DNA from: the human T2T-CHM13v2.0 reference genome, Homo sapiens
Assembly: GCF_009914755.1 (NCBI RefSeq)
Contig: NC_060926.1
Strand: one strand, 5' to 3'
DNA length: 64,000 nt
Shown one piece after another: positions 18,491 to 34,327 of the stretch. The position numbers and the translations under genes are program-made. Position 1 is the stretch's first letter. Every line of letters starts with the position of its first letter. The notes beneath the pieces are model-generated. The model made no database searches. It had not been told where the DNA came from and was given only the letters and a program-made list of their open reading frames with translations.

Positions 18491-20235
18491 CAGATACACA
18501 AATCCTAATTGTGCAGCTTAATAAATTTTTGCATATGCACCTACCTGTGAAACAACCCTGCCTCCTTCAAGACAGTAAATGTTTTCAACACAGCAGGGGA
18601 AGGAGCTCTCATGTTCCCCTCCATTTGTAGAACCCAGGGGTAGCAGCTGTTCTGATCTGTTTCACAATAGATTAATTTGCCTTTTCTTGATTTCATATAT
18701 ATGGAACTATCCAGCATTTACTTTTTGGTTTTTGACTTCTTTTACTAGAATCTTCTGTCTCTGAACTTATTTTTAATGGCATGTATAGTACATGAATTCA
18801 CTCTCATTCTTAGGTTCAAGCAATAGTGATACGGTGAAGGTCTCCTTTAAACTTTCATCAAGCCCCTTGACTCTCTGAGGTGACCCCACAGGATGCCTTT
18901 GCTCTCCCCTGGGCTAAGTAGCCCTTTCTGTTTGCACAGTCTTCTTGAGAACCACTGCTAGTTTATGTAAGAGTCTAGTCCTGTCTCCTAAATACACTCT
19001 AACCATCTGAATGATTCTGAGGCTTTTGGTCATATATTTTCCAAAAGTCTCTTGTGTAAGACTGCTGATGTCTGGCCATAGCCATAGGCCCTATGTGTGG
19101 ATTTGACTTGCTGTATTCTCAGAGTTGTCTCCAAGTTCTTCGGTGCCTCCCTGGTGCTTTCCATTAGTGTCATCTTAAGAGGTAAGTAAGATAAGGATGG
19201 AATAATGTCTTGCCCCTGGCAATCTGTAGGTCATTGGTAACTGTAAGAGTATTCAGTGAGGTAGTGTAGGAGAGAGAATCCCAATGACAGTGGGTTGAAG
19301 AATGAATGGTGACAAGTAGTTTGGCAATGAAGGTAAGAGGAAATAAAAGCTAGAAGGGGAGCCTTTTATCTTTAGATGGAAAAGTATTGAAAGAGTCAGG
19401 GAGAAGAGAGAGAGAGAGAGAGAATGAGAGAGAGATTGAAGATATTATAAAGAGTTGAAGATTCTGGAAGAGTAACAAATGGTACCTCAACTTCTCTCAA
19501 AAGGCGGGTTTCCAGAACACAGTTCAGCTGAGTCATCTCTTCCTTCGGAACAAAATTCACTCAAGAAAGAGCAGGAGTAGGTGGGGAGAATTTTGCAATT
19601 TGGGATGGAGGAAGTTGACAGACTTTGAATATGGTGGTCTTGCTTTTCTTGGTGAAAGACTAGTCACCTTTTGAGAGTGATGAGTGAGCTTTGACATGAA
19701 TGGAGAAGCTTTGAGATAGTCAGTAGAGGACACAGGGGTACACTCAAGGTTGTTCCACAGTGTTGGGGTTCACTGAAGTCGGAGATAACTAAGCTGCTGT
19801 GATTTCCATTGGCACACACCAGGTGGCCTGCTGCAGTTTGGGTGTAAGAATAGACAGTGGTGACTAGTTGGACTAGTTTAGGGTCAGGCTTTGCATCTAG
19901 GCACAGTGCAAGGACAAGAGGGCAAGAGTCAATGACAGAGGTTCAGAGAGGGGTTAAAGTGCTGAACCATGCAGTCTAGACCAGAGACAGGAGATGAGGT
20001 CCAAAGGTATCTGAGACACTGAGAGAGTATGGGGAGGCCCTCAGATAAAAGGCCTCAATGTGGTCAAAGAGCAGGAGAATGGGAGGGCTGGAGGGGCTGG
20101 AGCAGCTCCAGGGGCCAAAGTCCAAGTGTGTGACTGTGGGTGTGCAACTCAAGTGGTGGGGTAGCAGGGCGATGACTGGAAGGCTACCAGGATGGATGAG
20201 TCATTCCCATTGATTTTCCCTCTACTTTTTCCCTC

Positions 20236-20368
20236 TTTTTTAAAAAAATATAGAGTTGGGGTCTCACTATGTTGCCCAGGCTGGTCTTGAACTCCTGGGC
20301 TCAAGCATCCTCCTGCCTCAGCCTCCCAAAGAGCTGGGATTACAGGCATAAGCCACCATGCCCTGCTT
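20236..20368 (-). mobile_element. FLAM/AluJ monomer
   Basis: Single arm CTCCTGGGCTCAAGCATCCTCCTGCC. Confidence 0.8.
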
Positions 20369-22099
20369 CCCTCCACTTTTTATTATGGAAAGTACAAAAG
20401 TGGAGAGAATCATATAAAAATCCCCCTTGTATCCACCATCTGGATTCAACTGACTAATGGCCAATCTTGTTACATCTACACCACCCAACTCACTTCTTCC
20501 CATCTATCCCCCTGGATTACTTTGAAGCAATTTCTAGACATTAAATTATTTTGTTTATAAGTACTTCTCCCTCTCTCTATATATGTACATATATATATAT
20601 GAACTTTTAAAAACATACAATTTCCCTCACATGGATTTAAAAATCAACACTAATTCTCTAATATCACCCAATGTCCAGTGTTCAAATTTTCTTGCTTGCT
20701 TTAAAAAAAATTGTTTTAAAAAACATTATTTGCATCCATCTTTTCTTTAAATGAAGATATAAAGATGTAGATGAAGGTGTAAATGAAGATCCGAAAGAGG
20801 TCCACACACTTCATTTGTTTGGCTTGTTTTTTTTTTTTTGCTTTTAATCTGAGAGCTCCTCACCACCAGCCCCCATCTCCTTTCCTTTTCCTTTGAAATT
20901 TATGCTTTGGAGAAACCAAGACATTTGTTCTGTGGTTTCCCACCTTGTGGGTTTTGTTAATTGCATTCCTGTGGTGTTATTTAGCATGTTCTTTGACCCT
21001 ACTTAGAAATAGAGGCTGGGTTGGATTGGAATTTACTATGCAAGGGGACAAGGCTACTGAATAAGTGGCATTATGCCACATGGGTACAAAGTGGTCCACA
21101 CTGATGTCAACAGGAATGAAAGGGAACACTGAGCTGAAGAACTGATCAAGGCCATTAACTGACAGCCAGCGGGAGGGGAAGTGGATGGTCTAATGACATC
21201 CATATGCTTCAAAGAAGATGATGGGAAAGGTGTGTAGGAATGAGAAAGTGCCATCATGGAAGCACAAGAATACTGGTCTCTACCCACTCCTGGCCCTGTG
21301 GTGGGAGAGGAGTGAGAGAGGAGCCCCTTCATGTTGAGAAGACCCCAGGGAGAAGTAGTGTTCTTGCCATAAAATCTGATTTCAGATGAAGCCAGGAGAT
21401 GGAGAAGTGGAAGATGGAAGGACAGAGAAGTTGCTTTACAACAGAAAAAAGTTTCCACTGAAGGTCATGGGGGGCATTGTGGAGTTCAGCTGGAGGCACA
21501 AAGGAGAATTGGGACGGAAGCACTAGCAGTATGAGAAAGAAAAGATGAATACAAAGATTTGGGTAGTAATCATGTCATTAATAATATTTAGATTATTTAA
21601 GCATTTGTATGTTAATATCATCTGCTAAGATTGCCAATGTACCTCATTGGAATATGAGCTCTGAACTCTATTTTTATGCCTGTTCTTGGGTAAAGAAACT
21701 GAGGCTCAGGAGAGTTAAGAAACTTACTCAAGGTCACACAGTCTTTAGAAATACAATGGAGTCTAGAGTTGGTCTCAGGGCTCCCTCCTGGCCTCTGGCA
21801 TAAGATATTTTTGTGTCAAGGAGACGGCAGATGCTCAGTCTTGGGGCTGTTTATTTGCAATCTTCTTGTACATCTGTTTGCTCTGCTGTTCTAGAAGTTA
21901 CCATCAAAGTATTAGAGCATTTTAGACTTTTTTTTTGGATTAAAAAGGCTTCCAAATAAAAAGTTTGTTTCTCCAAGGAGTAAGCTTCAATTGTGATGTG
22001 GACACCTTCTTCCCTAGCAGTGCCAGACATATATCACACTGTTGTACTTTTCTTTCTTGCTACATCTCTTCACAGTTTATTGGATAAAAATAATGTTTT

Positions 22100-22300
22100 C
22101 CACTCACTCACTCATTTATTCATTCAACCAGGAGATGTTTATTGAACACTTACTCTGTGCCAGGTCCTGAGGCGGTCATTGGGGATAAACAAGACAACCT
22201 TGCGGCTTTCATGTGCCTCATGGTTTAGAAGTGGGGACACACAACACATAGCACCAAATAAATGTATGAAATGTGAGGACAATAAAGTTGGGAAAAGGGA
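22100..22300 (-). mobile_element. L2 3' end
   Basis: CATTTATTCATTCAAC..TTTATTGAACACTTACTCTGTGCCAGG. Confidence 0.7.
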
Positions 22301-22460
22301 CAGAGGATGGGGATGGAGAACTTCATATCTGTGTAGAGCCTGACACAGTTTCCTGCCTTTCTCTCAGAAACAAAGCCTCCGTCTTCCCCTTGGCTTAGAA
22401 AGGACCCTGGATAGGGCAAGGAAGACAGGTCTGATTAAACCTGTCCAAGACTGTAGTCTT

Positions 22461-23063
<603 letters not shown>

Positions 23064-23754
23064 TGACTGAAAGGGTAGCTCATAAGTTAGAACCCCTAAG
23101 ATTATAAAATTTTCTTCACTGAGCTTACCAAGTGTCAAGACTCCAGCTGGGGCCAACTCAAGTTCGCAAAACTTGAATATGCATTCGAACTGTGATTTGG
23201 GGATTGCATTAGCACACAGCATCATTGACATTCCTCGAGTCTGGTGATTCTTCGAATTTGTGTTCTTTCTGTGGCTCTGACTCAATTAAAACAAATAAAC
23301 TATGTCTAGCAATAAATACGATACAATGATGTAGTTACAGAAAATCCTGCCCGTTCTCCAAAATGGTACAACACAATTTGTATTCCTTTCGTTGTTGACA
23401 TCAAGGCACTTCTGGCAGGAAATGCTCACAAGTTTGAAAAGCTGGTGTACATTTTTTTTTTTCATTTTTCTTGTTTCTGGCCCCCCTCCCTTCACCTGAA
23501 AAAACAATAATTTTAAGAGATTGTTAAAATTCAATAATCTAAAATCTTCAATTTAGGTGAATTAAAGTTGAAGTTCTTAATTTGAAGAAATTCACCTAAG
23601 TTCCAGGTGATGAGGAAAGTATTGAATGTAGATTCATTCATACTCAGGCCATAATGGGCTTAGTGCTTCATAGGCTTAAATCCAGCGAAGAAAGAGCCTG
23701 CTTAGTACTGAGAGTTGAAATTTACAAGCAGATCCATGTACGTAAAGGACCTAA

Positions 23755-24136
<382 letters not shown>

Positions 24137-24889
24137 TAACGTTGTTCACCAAAACCATGTTTTTACACATTCCTCTCTTTTCTTATGTGAATTACTCCAG
24201 AAATTTTCCCACATCAATCTTAGCCCCATTTTGGGGGTAAAACTGTTTATCAAGTGGCGTAGTCCTGGAAAAACTTCTGAATTAATGAACATCCCATCTC
24301 ACCTGAATTATTTGGCAGCAATTGCTTCACATCTCAAGCCAAAGGGTGACGCACGTCTTTCTCCCTGAAAAACACACAGGGCATCCATGTGTCCCCCTGC
24401 ACCACCCTCTGTAACAGCGCAGAGGCTCTTTGTCCTGTTTTGCGGCAGTTCCGTGGCATTCCCTGGGCATGTTGTCAAACGCAATTAGAAAGGGCACGTG
24501 GTGTCTGTCTCCTTCAAGGCAGCCAAGTCTGAGGAGGTCGCAGTGCTTGCCTCCACCCTCTTTTGCCACCTCGTTTCTTGGCTCCCTGGGTTTGGCATGT
24601 TGGGTGCAGTTCCATTTGGCCCAGATGCTGTTTCACTTGTTGAAATGATTCCATTTCCTCGGTTTCCACCCTCAGGGCTCCCAGGGCAGGGCTTGCCCTT
24701 GCCACTTGCCTCTTCCTGCCACCACCATTCTGCTCAGCTTGGCAGAGCTGATTTGTCTAGGCCTGACTTGACTCGCCCCTCCTCCCTGCCCTACCATAAA
24801 AATCAGCCGCACTTTCTGTTTGGTGAAATCTGCTTGCCAGTGAACGAGTGTGGGTGAAAGCATCAGCTTGAAAAAAGGGGTGTTTTCCG

Positions 24890-25110
24890 TTTTGTCTCTC
24901 TCCCTCCCTCCCTCCCTTCCTTCCATCTTCCTTTCCTTTTTCTTTTCTTTTCTCCTTCTTCTCACCCTCCCTCCCTTTCTTCTCTCTCTCTCTCTCTCTC
25001 TCTAGACAAACTATGAGTATTTCCTCCCCAAACATCTCCCTGAGGTTGAGACTTCCCTCTGTCTGTCTCTCTCTCTCTGTCTGTTGTCTGCCAGTCCATC
25101 TGTCTCTCTC
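24890..25110. repeat. CT-rich / (CCTT)n / (CT)n / (CTGT)n low-complexity tract
   Basis: Polypyrimidine microsatellites seen directly. Confidence 0.85.
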
Positions 25111-26004
25111 CACTTACCAATCATTCAGGTTCAAAACCACAAAGTCGTCTGGCTCCTTCCTCACCCTTAGTCTTCCACCCTTACCACTAGTCAGGCACTC
25201 ACCTGGCTGGCTATGGTTGGCAATAGTTTTCCTCCCTACTCTTTGTTTCCATTCTCACTGCCCTCATCTTTCTGTGGCTTTCACCTCTGAAGAGGTTTTC
25301 CAGCCTTTTCTCTCTCCTTATTTGAACATGTCTTGCCAAATTTATGCCACAATATTGATTTTATCATTCTCAGGATTCTAAATCGCTTCTGGGTACCCAT
25401 TACCTATCAAGTCCTCAGCTTGGGGTGCAGGGCCTTCCATGATCCAGTTCTCATCCTGCCTCTTAGAGTGATTTATGTGTTTCACATACTCCAGGCACAC
25501 TGGCTTCTTTACCATGGCATGGGCATACTTTGCCATTTTCTGTCCACACATCTTCGTACATAACTTCACCAAGAATGCTGCTCAATCTCCATCTAGATTA
25601 AGCACATCCAGCTTGAGTGATTGTGCTCCTACGTGGACCACTCCCAGATCAGCCAAAGCTCCTCCCTCATCCCTCTGCGCGTCTGTAGCATGTCTCATTT
25701 CTCCCACTGATGGAGCGTGTGCCTTGTTCTCCCATGCACTGTACTTCCTCCATGAGCTTTCTCTCCGCAATGCTGTGGTTTTCTTCGGATGAAGAACATT
25801 GCATAGCTTCTACCTCTTCGCATTTCTTGCAGTGCCTAACATGAAGCCTTGCAGCTAGAAGGTGCTTTTGGGATGATTTGGAATGGCTAGAAAAACTACT
25901 TGATAATTCCTGGGGGAAACCAGCATTCTTGTATACAATTGGTAGAAGTATAAGTCAGTAGGAATTTTCTAAATACATGTTTTCAGGATGCATCGAAAGC
26001 CTTA

Positions 26005-26450
<446 letters not shown>

Positions 26451-28361
26451 AGTACTATCTAAAATTTTGATGTAATATCTAGACTTAGTAAAATTCCAGG
26501 ATGCCTAAAGAAATATTTTTGAAACTAAGAGGACAGGAATATTTCAATCTCAGAGAAAACTGAACACCAGGGACAGTCTTAACAAGGTACCACGTGCCAT
26601 TTCTCTTTCTTCATGTCCTTTAATTTAAAAAAGTTTTTTAGGCTTAGCCTGGTGGCATTAAAAGAAATTAGATGACTACCATTTCTATTAGCACCTTGGG
26701 AGAAAAATTTCTCCTATGTTTCGCAAGCCACCTGGCTTCATCTCTTAATTAGATTTTGTCCGGGGCTATGATCCTGAAATAGTGTTTCTCCATATTGCTT
26801 GTTAAAAGTAGAAATTTCTGAAGATTCTGACTTAGTAGGCATAGAGTCCAGGAATCTGTACTTCTACAAGTGCCAGGCTGATTCTCATGGTTAGGTGAGT
26901 TTGCTCTCTGGTCAAAGTTCATGAGAGAGGAAGCAGGCCTGCTTATCTCTGTGAAGGTCAGGATCAGCCTGAAGAGGTCCTCTCTGATGGATCCTTGAAG
27001 CTGGAAAGTTGATTAAAAGGGAGTTTGCAGGGAAAATGTTGTTTTCTTCCTTCAAGAACTGGCCTTCCTCATCTGAAGGACATAGGTGAGCTTTGTCTCT
27101 CTACACCATGGGACCAGGTCATTTCCCATTCCAACATGGTGCTGTGTTGATGGACATGTCCACCCTGGGGACCAGGGGGAGAGGAGAGATAGTAGGTGGA
27201 ACAAGCACCCAGGCTTACATGTTCAGCTAGAGGTGAGGTCCAGGTCCAAGTACAGGTCAACTTGGCTGTAAAGTCCATGCCTTAAGAATTCTGAGCAGAA
27301 TGAGATAATCAGACCATTGGTAGCATTTCAGGTACACTGTAACGTGCCCAGAATGTAAGCTGCCTGATAACAGAGACCCTGCCCACCACTCAATCCCAGG
27401 CTGGACAGAGTGTCTGTCACGTGCTAGAAACCCTGTAAATATCTGATAAATTCATGATCTTGAGGTCACTTGCCCAAATACAACACAATACGTTTGATTT
27501 TCTTTATGTATTTCAAGTCGCTAAATTAAGTTTTTCTTTTCTTCTATGAGCTCACTAGTCCTTACAGACAATCACTGCAAATAAGGACTAGTGAGAACTG
27601 GTAGTATTGGGTCCACCTTTTACCCTAAACTCTGAGATCCTGATATTCTACTTATCAAATGCAGAGTCTATATGAAATTATTAACCATGAACTTGCTTCT
27701 GAACAGACCCAGATGGGTTTCAAAATGTATCTCATGTGCATTTATTTACTAATGTCAATTCTCCACCTTGAAAATCAGGTCAGAATATTTCTGATGTTGC
27801 ATTAACAGTTAGCCATTCAGTCTTACAATTTTCAAAGAATTCAATGTAAGTGATACCCAGAAGAGAGGTGAGGAATTGAAAGCAATCTGGGCACAGCTGT
27901 GGTCCACTTCTGCAATCAACAGAAAGCAGCACTCCCTCAGCCTTCTTGTCAGACTCAGAATATTAGGAGTGGATAGGCATTCATTCTCGATTATTTCTCA
28001 GGCTTTTAAAGGTGATGTTGGAGGAAACTTTGCCCCTCTGCCTTCATTTTCTGATTCAAGTACCTTTTACACATTTCCACAATCACTCGCCTCTTTCAAA
28101 ATTACAGATTTTTGTTACTTTTTCATTATTTTGCTTTTCTTGTTCATCTTTGATCAACTCTCCAACTGTTTGCACATTAGTGCAGGATCAACAGAAGGGA
28201 TTAGCTTAGGAAACACCTCAAGGTAAGATTTCAGGAAAAATTAAAGAATGATTAAGTAGGATAGTGAACACAGATTGGCATTTATTTGAAAAGAGCCCCA
28301 TATGCCCCATTAAATACAGTGTTTGTTGTTCAACCAGCGACTCAGTAAAAGATCAAGGTGA

Positions 28362-28790
<429 letters not shown>

Positions 28791-29429
28791 TAGGTCCCTG
28801 TTGTGAATAATTATCTTGAAGGTTGCTTCTAATCTTGTAATACCATGTTTCTGTGATATATTACTTTGAGATCCTGTTTTAGTATATTAATAATATCTGG
28901 AATGTGTTTTGAGCTATTAAAAATATCTTTAAAGAGCTTAGTTGTATATCACATACTACTATAAGTTCACTATATATTTTGTAAAGTAAAATGTGGATTT
29001 TTAAGTCACAGTTTAATCTGTGAATTTACTTTGTTATGCAGTTTTGAAAGAAGTGATTTCATTTTTTTCTACAAAGGTGGCTTTCCTTAGTAGACTGTCC
29101 CTGCCAGGCTAATAAATTACTGCAGATAATAATTTGTAGGCTGTAGGAGAGGAAAGTTGGGAAATAACAAAATGTCAGCCTTGAGAGTCTTGCAACAGAT
29201 TGGGTTTCATGATGTCTATGAGACTTGACACCCTTAAGTCTTACATATGAGTCCATGCACTTCCGTGCTAGGTAGGTTGCATCGTTATCACCTGGGGATT
29301 TAAAAATGTATAGGATAAGATAGGATCTTATCCTATAGGTCTGGGGTGGAGTCAGGAAATCAATTTTTTTTCCTAAGTGTCCAAGGGTGGTTTGATATTC
29401 CAGGTTTTGGTATCCTTGCCTAAGTGTAA

Positions 29430-29779
<350 letters not shown>

Positions 29780-30014
29780 TAAGATATTTATTTCTTAGAT
29801 TCATAGAGCTTTATCAGAGTTCAGAGTGGAAAATGAAAATCGCTGCAAGTAATTTAATCAAGAAGGGATTTAATACAGGAAATCTGGCCATAGAAAATTA
29901 CTGGAAGGGCTGAAAGGATTGGTTCATAATTGGTTCTCTGGGAATAATTATAGAAACAGAAAGAAGTGACCCACCATGAGCGCTGTGCTGGAATTAAGAA
30001 TATTGATTGGAGTA

Positions 30015-30384
<370 letters not shown>

Positions 30385-30562
30385 CTAGAGACTGGACCCC
30401 CAATAGCTACAATCCAGGGATTAGAAAGCCTCATCAAGAAGCCCCGACAGCTTGCTACCCTTGAAGTTGGTGAAGGATATGGAATGCTTGCAGAAACACT
30501 TCATGATCTATGAATTTTCCAGGTAGCAAAGACCAGAAAAAATAGATGTAAAGATGACCCTA

Positions 30563-31202
<640 letters not shown>

Positions 31203-31344
31203 CTAGTTCATCTAATAGGCAGACCCCATTCACATCCAGCACTCTAGCTGAAAGGCAGTTTTCAAAAACGTTGCTTTTAACTTTCTAACCTCTCCAGTTA
31301 GGAAAAAAAGGTTACCTGGAAGTTGAGTGAGCCAATCTATGTTA

Positions 31345-31725
<381 letters not shown>

Positions 31726-32713
31726 TCATTTGTTTGGCTGTTGTGGGGAATGTGAATAGGAGTGTGTCAGGAGTCTTCCAATGGAAGTTAGGATTTGATC
31801 CTAAGCCATCGAAAGAAGAATAACATGATCAGATCTTTTTTTTGAAAACTGATTTTGGCAGCAAGTCTTAGGATAGATTAGAAAAGACCAGTACTAGAAG
31901 TCAGATACCCTTGTGTTACTCATGGTGAACAGAACCACGGTTTTGTTTACTTTATTCAAATATTTAATAATTTTATTTAAATTCATTTTGATTTGATATT
32001 GTCCTATTTTCAAAACACACTCTCTGTTATGAGCTTATAAAAGATGATCTTATTCATTACTCTCCTTTTTGTTAAAACATTTTATTATAAAAGATTTTCA
32101 AAAATACAAATAAATTCAAAGGCCAGTACGATGAGCACCAGGTACCACCCGCTAGTTTCAACAGTTGTTTTACCATATTGTTCTCTTGCTCTTGCTCAGT
32201 CTCTCTCTGTCTGAACTTTTGAGCTGAAGTATTCAAAGTAAGTTGCAGACACAATGCGATCTCACTTCTAAGAATTTAGCATGGGTCTCCTACAGAAATT
32301 CTCCTCCATCATCAATGTCAATATCACACCTAATAAAGTTACCACTCATTCTTTAATACATCTATTGTCCAATCCATATTACAATTCCCTGAATTGTGTT
32401 CCACATGTCTTTTTTGGCTGTTCTTTCTCCCTTCCAAATTAGGTTCTAATAAAGGTTTTTTAAATTTAATTAATCTAATTAAAATTAATTTAATTTTTTT
32501 TAATTTTTTAATTTTTTGTAGAGATGGGGTTTCGTCATGTTACCCAGCCTGGTTTCGAACTCCTGGGCTCAAACAATCCTCCCTCCTCTGCCTCCCAAAG
32601 TGCTGGGATTACAGGCATGAGCCACTGAGCCACTGTGCCTGGGAAGTTATACCTTTTTTAATCTAGAAATTTCACCAGATTTCTCTAGTTATCTCAAAAA
32701 AAAAAAAAGTTGA

Positions 32714-33010
32714 CTTTTTTTTTTTTTTGAGACCAAGTTGAGATCTGTCATCCAGGTGGGAGTGTAGTGGCATGATCTCAGCTCACTGCAGCCTCCGTCT
32801 TGGGGTTCACGCCATTCTCCTGGCTCAGCCTCCCGAGTACCTGGGATTACAGGTGAGCACCACCACGCCTTGGTAATTTTTGTATTTTTGGTAGAGATCG
32901 GATTTCACCATGTTGGCCAGGTTGGTCTTGAACTCCTGACCTCAAGTGATTCACCTCCCTTGGCCTCCCAAAGTGCTGGAACTTACAGGCACGAGTCACC
33001 GCGCCCAGCC
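32714..33010 (-). mobile_element. AluS, followed head-to-head by a FLAM(+) at about 33038-33190 and preceded by a monomer(-) at about 32490-32640
   Basis: TSD GTTGACTTTT. Confidence 0.85.
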
Positions 33011-33854
33011 CACGTTGACTTTTTGAAGAGTTATGTGGGCCGGCCATGGTGGCTCACGCCTGTAATCCCAGTATTTTAAGAAGCCAAAGCAGGAGGATTG
33101 CTTGAAGCTAGGAGTTCAAGACCAGCCTGGGCAACATAGTGAGATTCCTGTCTGTACAAAAAAAAAAAAAAAGAAAAAAAAATTTAAAAAAGAATTATTT
33201 GTTACATTTTACATTCTGCATTTGGTGGTTGCTTCTTTTAATTTAATATTTTCTCTGACTTCCACATTTTCTTCAAACTGGAAGTTAAGTCTAAAAGCTG
33301 AGTAAATTTGGGTAAAATTGACATAATTTTATAGGAGATGTTTGGATTACATGCTTCCCTTCACAAGGCAAATAATGGTAGTTTGTTGCATAATTAGTGA
33401 AGCGAATTTGATCACTTGGTGATCATCGCAGGATGCCAGCCAGATCTCTCCATTGTAAGGGAGGGTCTTCCCTATGCAAATAATGAGTAATCCATGGGGT
33501 GACATTTTGACATCATGCCAATATCCTGTTCCCCATTATGATTTTGAATAGTAATATTTTTAAATCCATGGATGATCCTGGCCTGAATCAATTACTTTTT
33601 TGATGGTTTTTAAAAATCTCTTATTATTCCTTCTGCATTGATCAGCTATAATTCCTCTGTAAAAATGAGCTTTTCCTCAGTCCCTGAAGATAGAGTTAGA
33701 AAAATGTAACAATTTTTCAGAGTAAGGATTTGATGTGACAGACAACTGTCAGTGACAGCAAATGTATGTTTCCCTTCCTCTTTCTATATGGTATGGATTT
33801 TTATTTATTCAAGGTTTTGCAATCACTTACTGTTGTGGAGCCCAAGTTAACCCA

Positions 33855-33961
33855 TGTTACCTCCCCCTTCCTTATATCTTATCGAAAAATTAACTCAAGA
33901 TGGATTAAAGACTCAGACGTAAGTTAGGGTTAGCACTAAGGTTAGAGTTAGGGTTAGGGTT
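33855..33961 (+). repeat. Short interstitial telomeric repeat (6 hexamers, 33924-33959) fused to an about 60-bp L1PA ORF2 fragment, flanked by a 22-bp direct repeat
   Basis: TTAGGG TTAGCA CTAAGG TTAGAG TTAGGG TTAGGG in register; L1-like AAAAATTAACTCAAGATGGATTAAAGACT; flanks 33833-33854 and 33961-33982 match at 20/22. Confidence 0.8.
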
Positions 33962-34327
33962 TGTGGAGCCCGTGTTAACCCAGATATAGCTCCTGTGCCC
34001 TTTTGACATGTGCCCACTAGTCTTTGAGCATTTCTGGCTTTCTGTAACAAGATGTCTCAGGCTTGCCTTTGGCCTTCTCTACCTCAGACCTGGAATCAGC
34101 TATTTCTCCAAGAAGCCATGGTTATGTTGTGGATGGCAGGTGACAGCACATAGAAACCAAAATCTGAATTCTAAGGTACTCTTTGCAAACAGGTGTTATA
34201 GCTCCTAATATTATCCATAAGGGAAGAACTAGGAAATATATTGTGAAAATGTGTGAGTTTATATTGATATTTCCAATAACATTTAATTTTACAGAGTTTT
34301 TACTTAATTTCTTGCATTTTTGTTTTA

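Noticed and set aside
21065-21079. Palindrome GTGGCATTATGCCAC, with 13 nt recurring at about 63222
   Set aside because: Short enough to occur by chance, and the flanks share no homology
23553-23599. 11-bp inverted repeat TTAGGTGAATT/AATTCACCTAA
   Set aside because: AT-rich, 25-nt spacer and no TSD; too weak to call a MITE
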